Source: an uncultured bacterium (GTDB lineage Bacteria; Patescibacteriota; Gracilibacteria; UBA1369; PNNO01). Taken from it: DNA of 32,000 bases. The stretch is taken from positions 480,001 to 512,000 of the forward strand of contig OY969931.1 of assembly GCA_963704705.1 (NCBI GenBank), written 5' to 3'. The position numbers were made by a program, and so were the translations under genes. Shown here one piece after another: positions 1-9,680 of this stretch (positions are counted from its first letter, which is position 1; every line of letters starts with the position of its first letter). The notes below the pieces were generated by a model. That model did not search any database. It had not been told where the DNA came from and worked only from the letters and a program-made list of their open reading frames with translations.

Positions 1-1
1 T

Positions 2-568
2 GGAGTATGGGCTGGATTTACATATTTAATAGAATTTTTTGTGAGTTCACCATGGCTCATTTGGGTATTTTTTGCAGGGGAATTGATATTAATATTTACA
101 TCAGTTGCATGGAGCAGAAAAAAGCCTTTGAACTATGTTTTATTTAGTTTATTCGCTTTTTTAACCGGGTTAACAGTAACACCTTTGCTTCTTGTAGCTT
201 CTGCTACTGCTGGTTCAGGAGTTGTTGTTAAAGCTTTGCTGGCAACAGTTTTTATGTTTACCGCAGCGGGTTTAATCGGATGGACTACAAAAAAATCATT
301 GGCTGGCATGGGCGGATTTTTAATTATCTCATTAATTGGAATGATTATTGTTGGAATAATTGGAATATTTATCCCATGGAGTTCGACTTTTGAAATGATA
401 TATTCCGGAATTGGAGTTTTATTGTTTAGTGGATTTGCAATGTATGATTTTCAAAGAATTAAAAGTTTTCCTGAAGACAGATATATTGATGCTGCAATGC
501 ATTTATATTTAGATATATTTAATTTATTTATATTTATTTTACGACTTATTCTTAGTCAAAAATCATGA
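2..568 (+). CDS. Bax inhibitor-1/YccA-like integral membrane protein, 5' partial
   Basis: Frame is open to the window edge; multi-TM protein with ...FSGFAMYDFQRIKSFPEDRYIDAAMHLYLDIFNLFIFILRLI, typical of the BI-1 family C-terminus. Confidence 0.85.
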   Translation, partial: GVWAGFTYLIEFFVSSPWLIWVFFAGELILIFTSVAWSRKKPLNYVLFSLFAFLTGLTVTPLLLVASATAGSGVVVKALLATVFMFTAAGLIGWTTKKSLAGMGGFLIISLIGMIIVGIIGIFIPWSSTFEMIYSGIGVLLFSGFAMYDFQRIKSFPEDRYIDAAMHLYLDIFNLFIFILRLILSQKS

Positions 569-1140
569 AGCAAAAAGATTTTACATTTCAGATCGGGGAT
601 TTGGTTAGGGGCCCTCAGGGCACCAAATTTACATTTGAATTAGATGAAGAAAATTCATTGATTGAACCTGAAGAGGATTTTAAGCCAAAAGGTAATATTA
701 CTGGTAAGATTTCTTTTATGAAATTGGATGACGGGATATTAGCTGAAATCCATGATTTGGGGCTTGATGTGGAGTTTAATTGCAATAAATGCAGGACAGA
801 TTTTATTAAGAAAATTAAAGTTCAGAATGCTGACAGAGTTTATTTTTTTGAGAAGCAGCGTGGGATTCAGGATTTAATGGATATTTTTTATGTTGATTTA
901 AAGAATATGGAGATTGATGCGAGTGATTTTATAAGACAAGAAATTATCTTGCATTTTCCTATGATTCCAGTATGCTCTAATAGCTGTAAAGGGCTTTGCC
1001 CTAAGTGCGGGACCAATTTAAACAAGAAAAGTTGCAACTGCAAAACAGACAGCGATCTAAAAGATCATGAAAAACCATTAGCAATACTTAAACAGTTATA
1101 CAATGCCAAAACATCCAGTTCCGAAGAAAAAGACAGCTAA
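565..1140 (+). CDS. DUF177/YceD-family protein (23S rRNA accumulation protein family)
   Basis: CNKCRTDF ... CSNSCKGLCPKCGTNLNKKSCNC zinc-binding pattern and position immediately upstream of rpmF. Confidence 0.85.
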   Translation: MKQKDFTFQIGDLVRGPQGTKFTFELDEENSLIEPEEDFKPKGNITGKISFMKLDDGILAEIHDLGLDVEFNCNKCRTDFIKKIKVQNADRVYFFEKQRGIQDLMDIFYVDLKNMEIDASDFIRQEIILHFPMIPVCSNSCKGLCPKCGTNLNKKSCNCKTDSDLKDHEKPLAILKQLYNAKTSSSEEKDS

Positions 1141-1342
1141 GTCGACAAGTAAAACCAGATACAGCACTTTTGAAAGGCTTACTCGAAAAAAGCTTGAGAA
1201 TAGTGTAAATTTAACCAAATGTCCTGATTGCGGTGCTACAAAACTTATTCATCATGTTTGCGAAGAATGCGGCAAATATAAAGGACGTCAGGTTAAAAAT
1301 CTTCAAAAGAAGATTGAAAAAATCACGAAAGTAAAAGCGTAA
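1103..1342 (+). CDS. rpmF: 50S ribosomal protein L32
   Basis: MPKHPVPKKKTAKSTSKTRYS...CPDCGATKLIHHVCEECGKYKGRQV. Confidence 0.95.
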   Translation: MPKHPVPKKKTAKSTSKTRYSTFERLTRKKLENSVNLTKCPDCGATKLIHHVCEECGKYKGRQVKNLQKKIEKITKVKA

Positions 1343-1351
1343 TTTGAAAAA

Positions 1352-1807
1352 ATGGCAAGTTATCGGCATCTCGCGAGAATTGCAGTGATGCAAACAATAT
1401 TCGAATATGAATTCCTCCAGAATTTAGAAGAAAAGAAAGAACTGGACGTTAAAAGCATGCTTGCCTATAATATTCGTCAATTATCCGGAAAAATCCAGGA
1501 TAAGTCTTTTTCAAACGAAACTTTGGATGGTGTGATTAAAAATTTAAAGAAAATCCATAAAATTATTACTGAAAACGCACCTGAATGGCCAGTTGATAAA
1601 ATCGCGCCTGTTGATCGTGCGATTCTTGAAATTGGTGTTTATGAAGTGGTTTTTTCAAAAGAGGTGCCACCGGTTGTTGCGATTAACGAAGCAATCGAAA
1701 TTGCTAAAGTTTATGGTGATACAAACTCCCCAAAATTTATAAATGGAGTTTTAAGCGCTGTAATGACAAAACATAACAAAAAAAATAATGGTAAAAAAAG
1801 TAAATAG
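1352..1807 (+). CDS. nusB: Transcription antitermination factor NusB
   Basis: [17 protein letters not shown]...[13 protein letters not shown]...[27 protein letters not shown]. Confidence 0.93.
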   Translation: MASYRHLARIAVMQTIFEYEFLQNLEEKKELDVKSMLAYNIRQLSGKIQDKSFSNETLDGVIKNLKKIHKIITENAPEWPVDKIAPVDRAILEIGVYEVVFSKEVPPVVAINEAIEIAKVYGDTNSPKFINGVLSAVMTKHNKKNNGKKSK

Positions 1808-2501
1808 ATATGCTGAATTGGAAAAACAGCTCGCAATAACCTTTATTGATAAAGATTTGTTGGATCATGCTTTTATTCATAAATCTTTTATGAATGAATA
1901 TAAAGGTGATGATAAATCAGATAATGAACGTCTCGAATTTTTAGGTGATGCTGTTTTGGAATTGGCGGTTACTGAATATTTATTTAAAACCTATTCAAAA
2001 AGTCCGGAAGGCGAACTTACTAATTGGCGCAGCGCCCTTGTGAAAGGTAAAAATCTGGCTAAAGTTGCTAATGAATTAAATCTTGGGAATTATTTATATT
2101 TAAGTAAAGGTGAAGAAAAATCAGGAGGCCGAAAGAAAAATTATATTCTTGCAAATACATTGGAAGCCCTTATCGGAGCTTTATATTTAGATAAGGGTTA
2201 CAAAATTGCACATGAATTTATTAATAAATATATTCTGATTAAATTAGAGGAGATTTTAGAAGAAGGGCTTCATATTGATGCAAAATCACACTTTCAGGAA
2301 CTTTCTCAGGAAGAATTTGATATTACACCTGAATATCGTTTAATCAGCGAATCAGGACCGGACCATGCAAAACGATTTGTTATGGGTGCTTTTTTGGGAG
2401 ATAAAAATGTAGGAGAAGGCGAGGGCAGCAGTAAGCAAAAAGCTGAAGAAGCAGCGGCTAGAAATGCTCTTCTAAAAGTGGATTGGAAGAAAAACGTATA
2501 A
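1788..2501 (+). CDS. rnc: Ribonuclease III
   Basis: [21 protein letters not shown] signature; [16 protein letters not shown]; C-terminal dsRBD ([10 protein letters not shown]...[16 protein letters not shown]). Confidence 0.96.
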   Translation: MVKKVNRYAELEKQLAITFIDKDLLDHAFIHKSFMNEYKGDDKSDNERLEFLGDAVLELAVTEYLFKTYSKSPEGELTNWRSALVKGKNLAKVANELNLGNYLYLSKGEEKSGGRKKNYILANTLEALIGALYLDKGYKIAHEFINKYILIKLEEILEEGLHIDAKSHFQELSQEEFDITPEYRLISESGPDHAKRFVMGAFLGDKNVGEGEGSSKQKAEEAAARNALLKVDWKKNV

Positions 2502-2572
2502 TTTCCTTGTATATGTAGTTATAGTTTTTGTATATTGAATACAATAACTATTTCTTAAATTTATATATAAAA

Positions 2573-3997
2573 ATGAAAATTTCTTATTCTGCTGCGGCAA
2601 ATTCAAAGGTTGATATAATATTGCAACCATTTTTTGAAGGAAAATCACCAAAAAAAGAATTAAAATTATTTAAAGGAAAAGCAGGTGAATTACTTTTATT
2701 ACCAAATGAAAAAGCTTTATATATAGGACTCGGCAAAAAAGAAAAACTGGAATCTGCTGATAATCGCGCTACTTTCGCAAAGGCGGCAAAGTGCTTAATG
2801 AACGATAAATATAACAATGTTGGATTAAAATGGGATACTTCTTTAAATAATTTTATGACAGAAATTTTAGAGGGAATTTTATTGGTAAATCATTTTGTTG
2901 GAAAATATAAAACCGGCAAAGAATTTAAAAAAGAACAGGATAAATTAATTAAAGAATTAACAATCATAGGCAAAACACTTCCTAAAAATTTCAAAAAAAC
3001 AGCGGATGATATTTTGAAAATTGCTGAAGTTGTTCATTATGTTCGTGATTTGGTAACCGGACCTCCAAATACTGTGAGTGTTGATTTTGTTGCAAATGAA
3101 GCAAAAAAAGCAGCAAAAGCAGGAGGTTTTACAGTGAAAGTTTATGATAAAGCATGGATAAAAAAGAATAAAATGGGTGGTATTTTGGGAGTAAATGCAG
3201 GTTCGGGCAGCAAAGGAGCGAAATTATTGGTAATGGAATATAAACCTAACAGTGCTGCAGCAAAAAAAGCGCCTATTATGCTTGTTGGTAAAGGTCTTAT
3301 TTTCGACAGCGGAGGTTACAACTTAAAACCCACCAAACATATTGAAGATATGCAGCAGGATATGGCTGGCGGTGCTACTGTTTTGGGAGTGTTTAAAGTT
3401 TTAAAACAATTAGGAATAAAACATAAAGTAGTAGGAATCGTACCTTTAACTGAAAATCTGATTGATGCAGACGCAATGAAACCTTCTGATATCCTTACTG
3501 CATACAATGGTAAAACAATTGAAGTACGGAATACTGATGCAGAGGGTCGTTTAATTTTGGCAGACGCACTTGCATATGGAGTTAAAACTTTTAAGCCGGA
3601 ATATACAATTGATTTGGCAACTCTGACTGGTGCCTGCATTGTGGCCCTTGGAGACAGATATGCCGCGGTAATGGGTAATGATAAAACTCTTATTCAGAAA
3701 TTAATTAAATCAGGTGAAACAACCGATGAACTTTTATGGGAACTGCCTTTACATAAAGACTTTAGCGAATCAATGAAGGGAATTATCGGAGATTTACGAA
3801 ATGCTGACAACGGAACAAGTTATATGGCAGGCTCATCAAAAGCCGGTGCATTCTTAGAGTATTTTGTAGATGAGTCAAAATGGGCACATCTTGATATTGC
3901 CGGAACAGCTTATGTACAAAAACCTAAAGCTCACGAAAGCCAGTTTGGAACAGGCTTTGGGGTTAGGCTTCTTGCAAACTTTCTACAAGCTTTGTAA
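2573..3997 (+). CDS. pepA: M17 leucyl aminopeptidase
   Basis: GKGLIFDSGGYNLKP, NTDAEGRLILADAL, TIDLATLTGACIVALG. Start chosen at internal Met (MKISYSAA); the ORF extends to 2528. Confidence 0.93.
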   Translation: MKISYSAAANSKVDIILQPFFEGKSPKKELKLFKGKAGELLLLPNEKALYIGLGKKEKLESADNRATFAKAAKCLMNDKYNNVGLKWDTSLNNFMTEILEGILLVNHFVGKYKTGKEFKKEQDKLIKELTIIGKTLPKNFKKTADDILKIAEVVHYVRDLVTGPPNTVSVDFVANEAKKAAKAGGFTVKVYDKAWIKKNKMGGILGVNAGSGSKGAKLLVMEYKPNSAAAKKAPIMLVGKGLIFDSGGYNLKPTKHIEDMQQDMAGGATVLGVFKVLKQLGIKHKVVGIVPLTENLIDADAMKPSDILTAYNGKTIEVRNTDAEGRLILADALAYGVKTFKPEYTIDLATLTGACIVALGDRYAAVMGNDKTLIQKLIKSGETTDELLWELPLHKDFSESMKGIIGDLRNADNGTSYMAGSSKAGAFLEYFVDESKWAHLDIAGTAYVQKPKAHESQFGTGFGVRLLANFLQAL

Positions 3998-4337
3998 CTT
4001 TTTCTCGTACAAGTGCAAGTAACCTATCTGATTCTTTTGAATCTTCGGGTCTGTCTTTACCAAATCCAAGATCTATTGGCTGTCTCAAGCATGATTGTGA
4101 ACCCCACTCAATTTTATTTTTAGATAATATAATTATACCTGCTCCTTTAAATTCACCATGATTATTAATTATCCAATTTTCTGCTGTTAGTGCGTGATTA
4201 TTATCACAATTAAATAATAATAATATTTGTTCACGACTGTTACCTTGTATGCTTTCAATTACAGCAAATTTTACACCAAATCCAACCATTAAATCATCTT
4301 GAATATCTTCAACACTCTTATAAAATTCAACTCGCAT
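3963..4337 (-). CDS. Hypothetical protein
   Basis: 124-aa ORF between flanking genes; 3' end overlaps pepA by 35 bp. Confidence 0.6.
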   Translation of the reverse strand: MRVEFYKSVEDIQDDLMVGFGVKFAVIESIQGNSREQILLLFNCDNNHALTAENWIINNHGEFKGAGIIILSKNKIEWGSQSCLRQPIDLGFGKDRPEDSKESDRLLALVREKVTKLVESLQEA

Positions 4338-4393
4338 AATAAATAATTATTATAGGCAAATTGTAGATTTTTAATAGAATTTGTCAAACTCTA

Positions 4394-4888
4394 TTAGACT
4401 GCCCATTTTTTAAGTTCCTCAGGTGCGTCTTCTGGGTATTTAATATTTGGACCCTGTTCAACAATAATGCCTCTGGATTTTAAAATATCCCAATTCGGCA
4501 GAGCTTCAGGGTAACCTTCCTGAAAAACAACCCTTTTAATACCTGATTCAGCAATTAAACTTGAGCAAACACGGCAGGGATGTTTTGTACAGTAGATTGT
4601 TGCGCCATCAACGCTAATGCCTTTTTTAGCACAGAGTGCAAGACACCATTGCTCAGCGCAAATCCCATAACAAACTTCGCGTTCATGACCTGATTTACAG
4701 CCTCTAATATTTCTTATACATCCGATTTCAGTACAAGGTGTTTCAGGATGCCAATCATTGCAATGTAATATTAGAATTTCGCCGTCTTTAACTATTGCAG
4801 CTGCGATTTTAGCGCGAAGGCAGTGAGCTTTTGGTTCATTGTCATCTATTTGTTCAAGGATTTTTTTGTCTTCTTCTGTAATTGCCAT
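4394..4888 (-). CDS. Cytidine/deoxycytidylate deaminase family protein (dCMP deaminase-like)
   Basis: GATIYCTKHPCRVCSSLIAESGIKRVVF, PCxxC zinc site of the family, with an additional Cys-rich insert. Confidence 0.82.
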   Translation of the reverse strand: MAITEEDKKILEQIDDNEPKAHCLRAKIAAAIVKDGEILILHCNDWHPETPCTEIGCIRNIRGCKSGHEREVCYGICAEQWCLALCAKKGISVDGATIYCTKHPCRVCSSLIAESGIKRVVFQEGYPEALPNWDILKSRGIIVEQGPNIKYPEDAPEELKKWAV

Positions 4889-4899
4889 ATTAAATTTTG

Positions 4900-6609
4900 T
4901 TAACCAATTAAGGTGTCCTCAAGTGATTTGCCGCTTGGGACCATAGGAAATACGTTTTCTTCAGCTTCAGTAATGCATTCGCAAAGCACCGAACCTTTAT
5001 CCTTTTTAGCTTGTTTCATTATTTTTTTAGCTTCGCCTATAGTTTCAGCTCTGTAAAATTTCATTCCGTAAGCTTTGGCAATAAATTCCAAATTTGGAAC
5101 TGTCATGTGAGTACCTATATATTTTTTGTCATAGAACAAATCCTGCCATTGCCTTACCATTCCCAAAAAGCTGTTGTTACTAACTACTATTTTAATATCA
5201 ATTTTATCCTGTTGGAGTGTCATTAATTCCTGCATGTTCATTTGAAATCCTCCATCTCCGCAAAGAGCCCATACTTCTTTATTTGGTTTTGCCATTTTCA
5301 CTCCCATTGCTGTTGGAATTGCGAATCCCATGCAGCCAAGTCCGCCAGAAGTGATTGAAGTTTTTGGATGAGTATAACCCCAGCTTTGCGCAGCGAACAT
5401 CTGGTTTTGGCCTACATCAGTTACAAAATACGCGTCTTCGTCAGCTGCAGCGCGAATTGCTTTTACTACATCAGCTGCTTTTAATTTATCAGAATCTTTT
5501 CTTAAATTAGTTTTCATTTTGCGATCCTGAAACTTTGCAATTTTGGTTCGGTAATTATTAAGTTCTTCATTCCACTCAGGATAAGGCTTTGGACCTGCCT
5601 TGGGAACAGCTTTGATTAAATCTTTTAAAACTGACTTCGCATCACCTACAATAGGCACTGTTACATGCGTATTCTTGCCAATTTCAGCCGGATCAATATC
5701 AATATGGATTATGTCAGCACCTTTAGCAAATGTTTTTAAATCTCCTGTGATTCTGTCATCAAAACGTTCTCCAATTCCTATTATCAAATCAGAATTATGA
5801 GTAGCATAATTACAAACAGCATGGCCGTGCATTCCAAGCATTCCAAGTGAAAGGGGATGATGCTCAGGAATCGAGCCTAGTCCGTGAATTGTATTTATTA
5901 CTGGAATTTGAGTTTTTTCAGCAAATTCAACAAGTTCTTTTTCTGCGTTACTTAGAATTATTCCATGACCTGCCAGAATAATCGGCTTTTTAGCTTTTTT
6001 AATTGTTGCGATTGCCAGTTCAATTTGCTTTGGGCTGCCTTTTATTTGAGGATTATAACCCGGCAAATTAACTTTTTCAGGATATTCGAATTCGCATTCA
6101 TGAACCTGAACATCCTTTGGAAGATCAATTAAAACAGGTCCGGGCCTTCCTGTTCCTGCTATATAAAAAGCTTCTTTTATTATACGTGCCAGATCTTTTA
6201 CATCATCAACAAGATAATTATGTTTTGTGATCGGGATTGTTATACCCGCAATATCAACTTCCTGAAAGGCATCTGTACCAATAACACTTAATGGAACCTG
6301 ACCCGTAAAATAAACAACAGGAATGGAATCCATAAATGCGTTGGCAATTCCAGTAACGAGATTTGTTGCTCCAGGGCCTGATGTGCCGAATGCAACTCCC
6401 GGTCTGTTATTAACTCTTGCCCAGCCTTCTGCTGCAAATGCAGCTCCTTGTTCATGACGAACTAAAATATGGCGAATTTGCGGGTACTGCGGCATTGTGT
6501 CGTAAATTGGCAGAAGTGCACCACCGGGATATCCAAAAATGGTATCAACTCCTTCTTTTATAAGGCATTCAAATAAAATCTGAGATCCATTTAATTTCTT
6601 TCTTGTCAT
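4900..6609 (-). CDS. ilvB: Acetolactate synthase large subunit-like ThDP enzyme
   Basis: TIFGYPGGALLPIYD, VRHEQGAAFAAEGWAR, TSGPGATNLVTGIANA, GDGGFQMNMQELMTLQQDKIDIKIVVSNN (ThDP motif). Confidence 0.92.
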   Translation of the reverse strand: MTRKKLNGSQILFECLIKEGVDTIFGYPGGALLPIYDTMPQYPQIRHILVRHEQGAAFAAEGWARVNNRPGVAFGTSGPGATNLVTGIANAFMDSIPVVYFTGQVPLSVIGTDAFQEVDIAGITIPITKHNYLVDDVKDLARIIKEAFYIAGTGRPGPVLIDLPKDVQVHECEFEYPEKVNLPGYNPQIKGSPKQIELAIATIKKAKKPIILAGHGIILSNAEKELVEFAEKTQIPVINTIHGLGSIPEHHPLSLGMLGMHGHAVCNYATHNSDLIIGIGERFDDRITGDLKTFAKGADIIHIDIDPAEIGKNTHVTVPIVGDAKSVLKDLIKAVPKAGPKPYPEWNEELNNYRTKIAKFQDRKMKTNLRKDSDKLKAADVVKAIRAAADEDAYFVTDVGQNQMFAAQSWGYTHPKTSITSGGLGCMGFAIPTAMGVKMAKPNKEVWALCGDGGFQMNMQELMTLQQDKIDIKIVVSNNSFLGMVRQWQDLFYDKKYIGTHMTVPNLEFIAKAYGMKFYRAETIGEAKKIMKQAKKDKGSVLCECITEAEENVFPMVPSGKSLEDTLIG

Positions 6610-6625
6610 AATGAAATTATAACAA

Positions 6626-7582
6626 TTAATCTTCTATTCTCCAAACTTCATCGGTCACTATTTTACCTGGTATTGTAAAGCCGGCAGCCTTTTTGTGACC
6701 GCCACCTCCAAGCTTGCAACTAAGCGCTGAAACATCTACATCTTCGTTGCCTGACCGCATCGAGCCCTGAACATTTCCTTTCATATCTTCTGATAAAAGA
6801 ACGCTCATTTTGCAGTTTGGAACTGAATTAAGATAATTAATAACTCCTGACAGGTCTTTTGGACTGGCATTTGTTTCCTCGAATTCGTCAGATGTAATTT
6901 TTGAAACTATGGTTCCTTGTTTATTTACTTTTATATTCGACAGGACTCTGCCCCAAAGTCTAAGTTGTTCAACTGTTTTTGTTTTAAACATATTTTTAAC
7001 AATTAAATTTGCACTTGCTCCTGCTTCCATTAATTCAGAAGCAATTTTGTAAATTTCAGAATTGGTATTCGTATGCATAAAACTACCGGTATCACAATAA
7101 ATACCCGACAATAAGCATGTTGCCATTGCAGGAAGAACAGGTGTTTTAAGAAATTTTAAAAACTTATAAATAATTATTGTTGTTGATGCTGCATTTGTAT
7201 CAATAATATTAATATCTCCAAACTTTGTGTTTGAAGCATGGTGATCAATATTTATTAAAGGGATTTTTTTTTGGAAAAATTCAGATTTTGTTTCGGGATA
7301 TTTCATCTGATCAAAACTGCTGCAATCAACACTTATAATCAAATCTACATCATCTGAATTAAATTTTTTATGAACATCTGCGCTTTCCGGCAAGAAATTC
7401 AATGAAAAGGGAAGAGGATCTGCGCACGCTGAAGAAACAGTTATTCCGAAATATAAAGATAATGCTTTTTTTAATGCTAAATTTGATCCGATTGTGTCTC
7501 CGTCGGGTTGTCTGTGCGAAATAATTAGAACATGGCTGCTGTCTTTTAAGTATGACGCGGCTTTTTCAAATTCGATTTGCAT
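6626..7582 (-). CDS. nrnA: DHH/DHHA1 phosphoesterase, NrnA-like oligoribonuclease/pAp phosphatase
   Basis: SHRQPDGDTIGSNLAL, IDHHASNTKFG, GLSGGGHKKAAGF-like (KLGGGGHKKAAGFTIPG). Confidence 0.88.
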   Translation of the reverse strand: MQIEFEKAASYLKDSSHVLIISHRQPDGDTIGSNLALKKALSLYFGITVSSACADPLPFSLNFLPESADVHKKFNSDDVDLIISVDCSSFDQMKYPETKSEFFQKKIPLINIDHHASNTKFGDINIIDTNAASTTIIIYKFLKFLKTPVLPAMATCLLSGIYCDTGSFMHTNTNSEIYKIASELMEAGASANLIVKNMFKTKTVEQLRLWGRVLSNIKVNKQGTIVSKITSDEFEETNASPKDLSGVINYLNSVPNCKMSVLLSEDMKGNVQGSMRSGNEDVDVSALSCKLGGGGHKKAAGFTIPGKIVTDEVWRIED

Positions 7583-7686
7583 AAAATATTCATTGGTTTA
7601 TGAGCGCGCCAAAGGTTATTAATATAAAAAACAAACAGATTATTTTCAACTAACTGGCCTTGCAATAACCATTGAGACATTGCAAT

Positions 7687-8574
7687 CTAAGCTTTTGCAA
7701 ATCTTTCTCTTTCTTCAAATTGATTTCCTGTAATGATTATATAAATCACTGCAAAATAAGGTAATACTATTTGAATAAAATTGAATCCACCTATGAAAAT
7801 GCTGATCAATAACCCAATTCCAATAATTATTGATACTATTCGTTCCAATAATCCCAAAGCCATTAATGAACCGAGTAATATACTGAAAATTCCCGTATGA
7901 ACAACAAACCAATAATTGCTATAACTTTCTATTCCAAATATGCTTTGCATAAAATTAAGTGTTGGCATTGCATCAACAAAGGCGATAGCACCTGAATTAT
8001 CCAAAATATTATGATGAAGCGCAGCATAAGCTAAAGTCATTCCTCCAAGAAATCTCAACACAGGTAAAGCGAATTTTCTAAAATGGTCAAAAAGCTCTTT
8101 TTTATCAACAGGATGAAAAAAGAAACTGAATGAAAGAGCATCGCGATGCACAAGAAATAAAAATACAGCTATGCCTGCAAATATTGTGTAGTCAAGCATA
8201 TCCATATAAGGGAAAATAAAAAAACCAGCAATAAAACACGCGAGTAAACCCAAATTTACAAATCTTATAAAGATTCCCAAGGTAAGGCCTAATCCGATTA
8301 CAATTTGAGCTATCCTTAATGCAAGTCCCAAAACAGAATTATCCAAAGGCATTCCCGGAGCAAATAAATAATTATCAAAACCTCCGATTATTAAAAGGAC
8401 TCCGGTAATAATCGAAAGAAAGGTAGGCGACAAAAATGAACCTCTTTTTAATATATCAATAAGTTTGTTAATAGAAGCGTTTTTACGTGCGATAAATTCA
8501 AGAATTGCTGCAAAAATGAAAACTGAAAATGCAACTACTATAGGTACTATGTACCATGTTAAATATTCGTTCAT
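7687..8574 (-). CDS. DoxX-like multi-pass membrane protein
   Basis: Eight or so hydrophobic segments with DoxX-like GGLLLIIGGF / RIAQIVIGLGLTLGIFIR character; family call by eye. Confidence 0.5.
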   Translation of the reverse strand: MNEYLTWYIVPIVVAFSVFIFAAILEFIARKNASINKLIDILKRGSFLSPTFLSIITGVLLIIGGFDNYLFAPGMPLDNSVLGLALRIAQIVIGLGLTLGIFIRFVNLGLLACFIAGFFIFPYMDMLDYTIFAGIAVFLFLVHRDALSFSFFFHPVDKKELFDHFRKFALPVLRFLGGMTLAYAALHHNILDNSGAIAFVDAMPTLNFMQSIFGIESYSNYWFVVHTGIFSILLGSLMALGLLERIVSIIIGIGLLISIFIGGFNFIQIVLPYFAVIYIIITGNQFEERERFAKA

Positions 8575-8587
8575 ATCAATTTAGTTA

Positions 8588-8785
8588 TTATTCGACATCA
8601 GTCCAGCTGATTGCCTGAACAGGACATGCATCAATTGCAGCCTGAATATTTGCATCTTCGTCACCTGTTGGATTTATTGCTTTTGATTTACCATTATCCT
8701 GCATCGCAAACACTTTTGGACATAATTGAGTACAAAGTCCGCATCCAATACATGTATCTTCATTTACAACAGCACCTTTTGGCAT
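8588..8785 (-). CDS. Ferredoxin, 4Fe-4S single cluster
   Basis: MPKGAVVNEDTCIGCGLCTQLCPKVFAM...AIDACPVQAI. The tracked ORF starts at 8884, but the upstream 33 codons translate a GC-rich hairpin region and are probably non-coding. Confidence 0.9.
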   Translation of the reverse strand: MPKGAVVNEDTCIGCGLCTQLCPKVFAMQDNGKSKAINPTGDEDANIQAAIDACPVQAISWTDVE

Positions 8786-8814
8786 TTTTAATTGGTTAAT
8801 TATTAATGGAGTTC

Positions 8815-8867
8815 GCCCGCCAAAGGCGGGCTCACGCTTACGCTCGCGATAAGTTTTCGCTCGCGAG
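8815..8867. repeat. GC-rich double-hairpin (REP-like) element
   Basis: GCCCGCC-AAA-GGCGGGC (8815-8831) and CTCGCG...CGCGAG (8843-8867) in an AT-rich context. Confidence 0.6.
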
Positions 8868-8939
8868 AGATTCGCATGGCTCATCTCTTATAGTATTTTT
8901 TTTATTCACATTTGGCAAGATTTTCATTAAACTCAAGTT

Positions 8940-9311
8940 ATGAAATATAGATATTCAGCACAAAGAGATAAAATTTTTAAAAAATTAAAGGCTTCTGGCA
9001 AGCATTTAACAGCTGAACAAATACATAAACTGGTTCCCGACATGGGGCTTGGTACTGTTTATAGAAATTTGGGTATTTTAGCGGACATGGGAAAAATAAT
9101 GAAATTCACTTTTGGTGATCGTTCTGTTTTTGAGGTCGATGAACAGCCGCATCATCATTTAGTGTGTAAAAAATGCGGGAAAATTACAAACGTTTATAAA
9201 CCTGCAAATTTTAAATGTGTTAATTGCTTGAGCTTTGTAAAGGATTTTAATGTAGATGAAGCTTATATTAACGCTTTTGGGTATTGCGCTAAATGTTCAA
9301 AAAAGAAGTAA
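8940..9311 (+). CDS. Fur/PerR-family metal-dependent transcriptional regulator
   Basis: YSAQRDKIFKKLKASGKHLTAEQIH...GLGTVYRNLGILADMGKI...HHHLVCKKCGKI...C..C zinc site. Confidence 0.93.
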   Translation: MKYRYSAQRDKIFKKLKASGKHLTAEQIHKLVPDMGLGTVYRNLGILADMGKIMKFTFGDRSVFEVDEQPHHHLVCKKCGKITNVYKPANFKCVNCLSFVKDFNVDEAYINAFGYCAKCSKKK

Positions 9312-9603
9312 GTTCATGTACTCTCTTCTGAGTCAGCAGTTTATCAGATGATTTTATTAAATCTCCGTCAAAACTTATTCCAAGATATTCATGAATATTA
9401 AATAGATCATCTTCATCAAGGCCCTGAAGCATGAGTCTTTGTTTTAATTCATTTATTATATCCGATAAATGATAAGCATTAAAAGCTGCCAATTGCACTG
9501 CATATTCATGCAATTCGTATTTGTTGTCGAGTTTAGCAATTGTTTCTTTTAAACTGGGGGATGGAGGTTCCGAGGACGGAGGCTGGTCATCAGTTGTATG
9601 CAT
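9289..9603 (-). CDS. Hypothetical protein
   Basis: 104-aa ORF filling the gap; 3' end overlaps the Fur-family gene by 23 bp. Confidence 0.55.
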   Translation of the reverse strand: MHTTDDQPPSSEPPSPSLKETIAKLDNKYELHEYAVQLAAFNAYHLSDIINELKQRLMLQGLDEDDLFNIHEYLGISFDGDLIKSSDKLLTQKRVHELTSFLNI

Positions 9604-9680
9604 ATATTTTTTTAGAAAAATTATTGCTATTAAAAATTATCATAGTTATTTTAATATGTAAATATCTTTTGTCAAACAAT

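Noticed and set aside
2584-3639. Minus-strand ORFs 2584-2817 and 3316-3639 opposite pepA
   Set aside because: Antisense shadows of a strongly supported coding gene.
5011-5800. Plus-strand ORFs 5011-5226 and 5600-5800
   Set aside because: Antisense to ilvB, no independent support.
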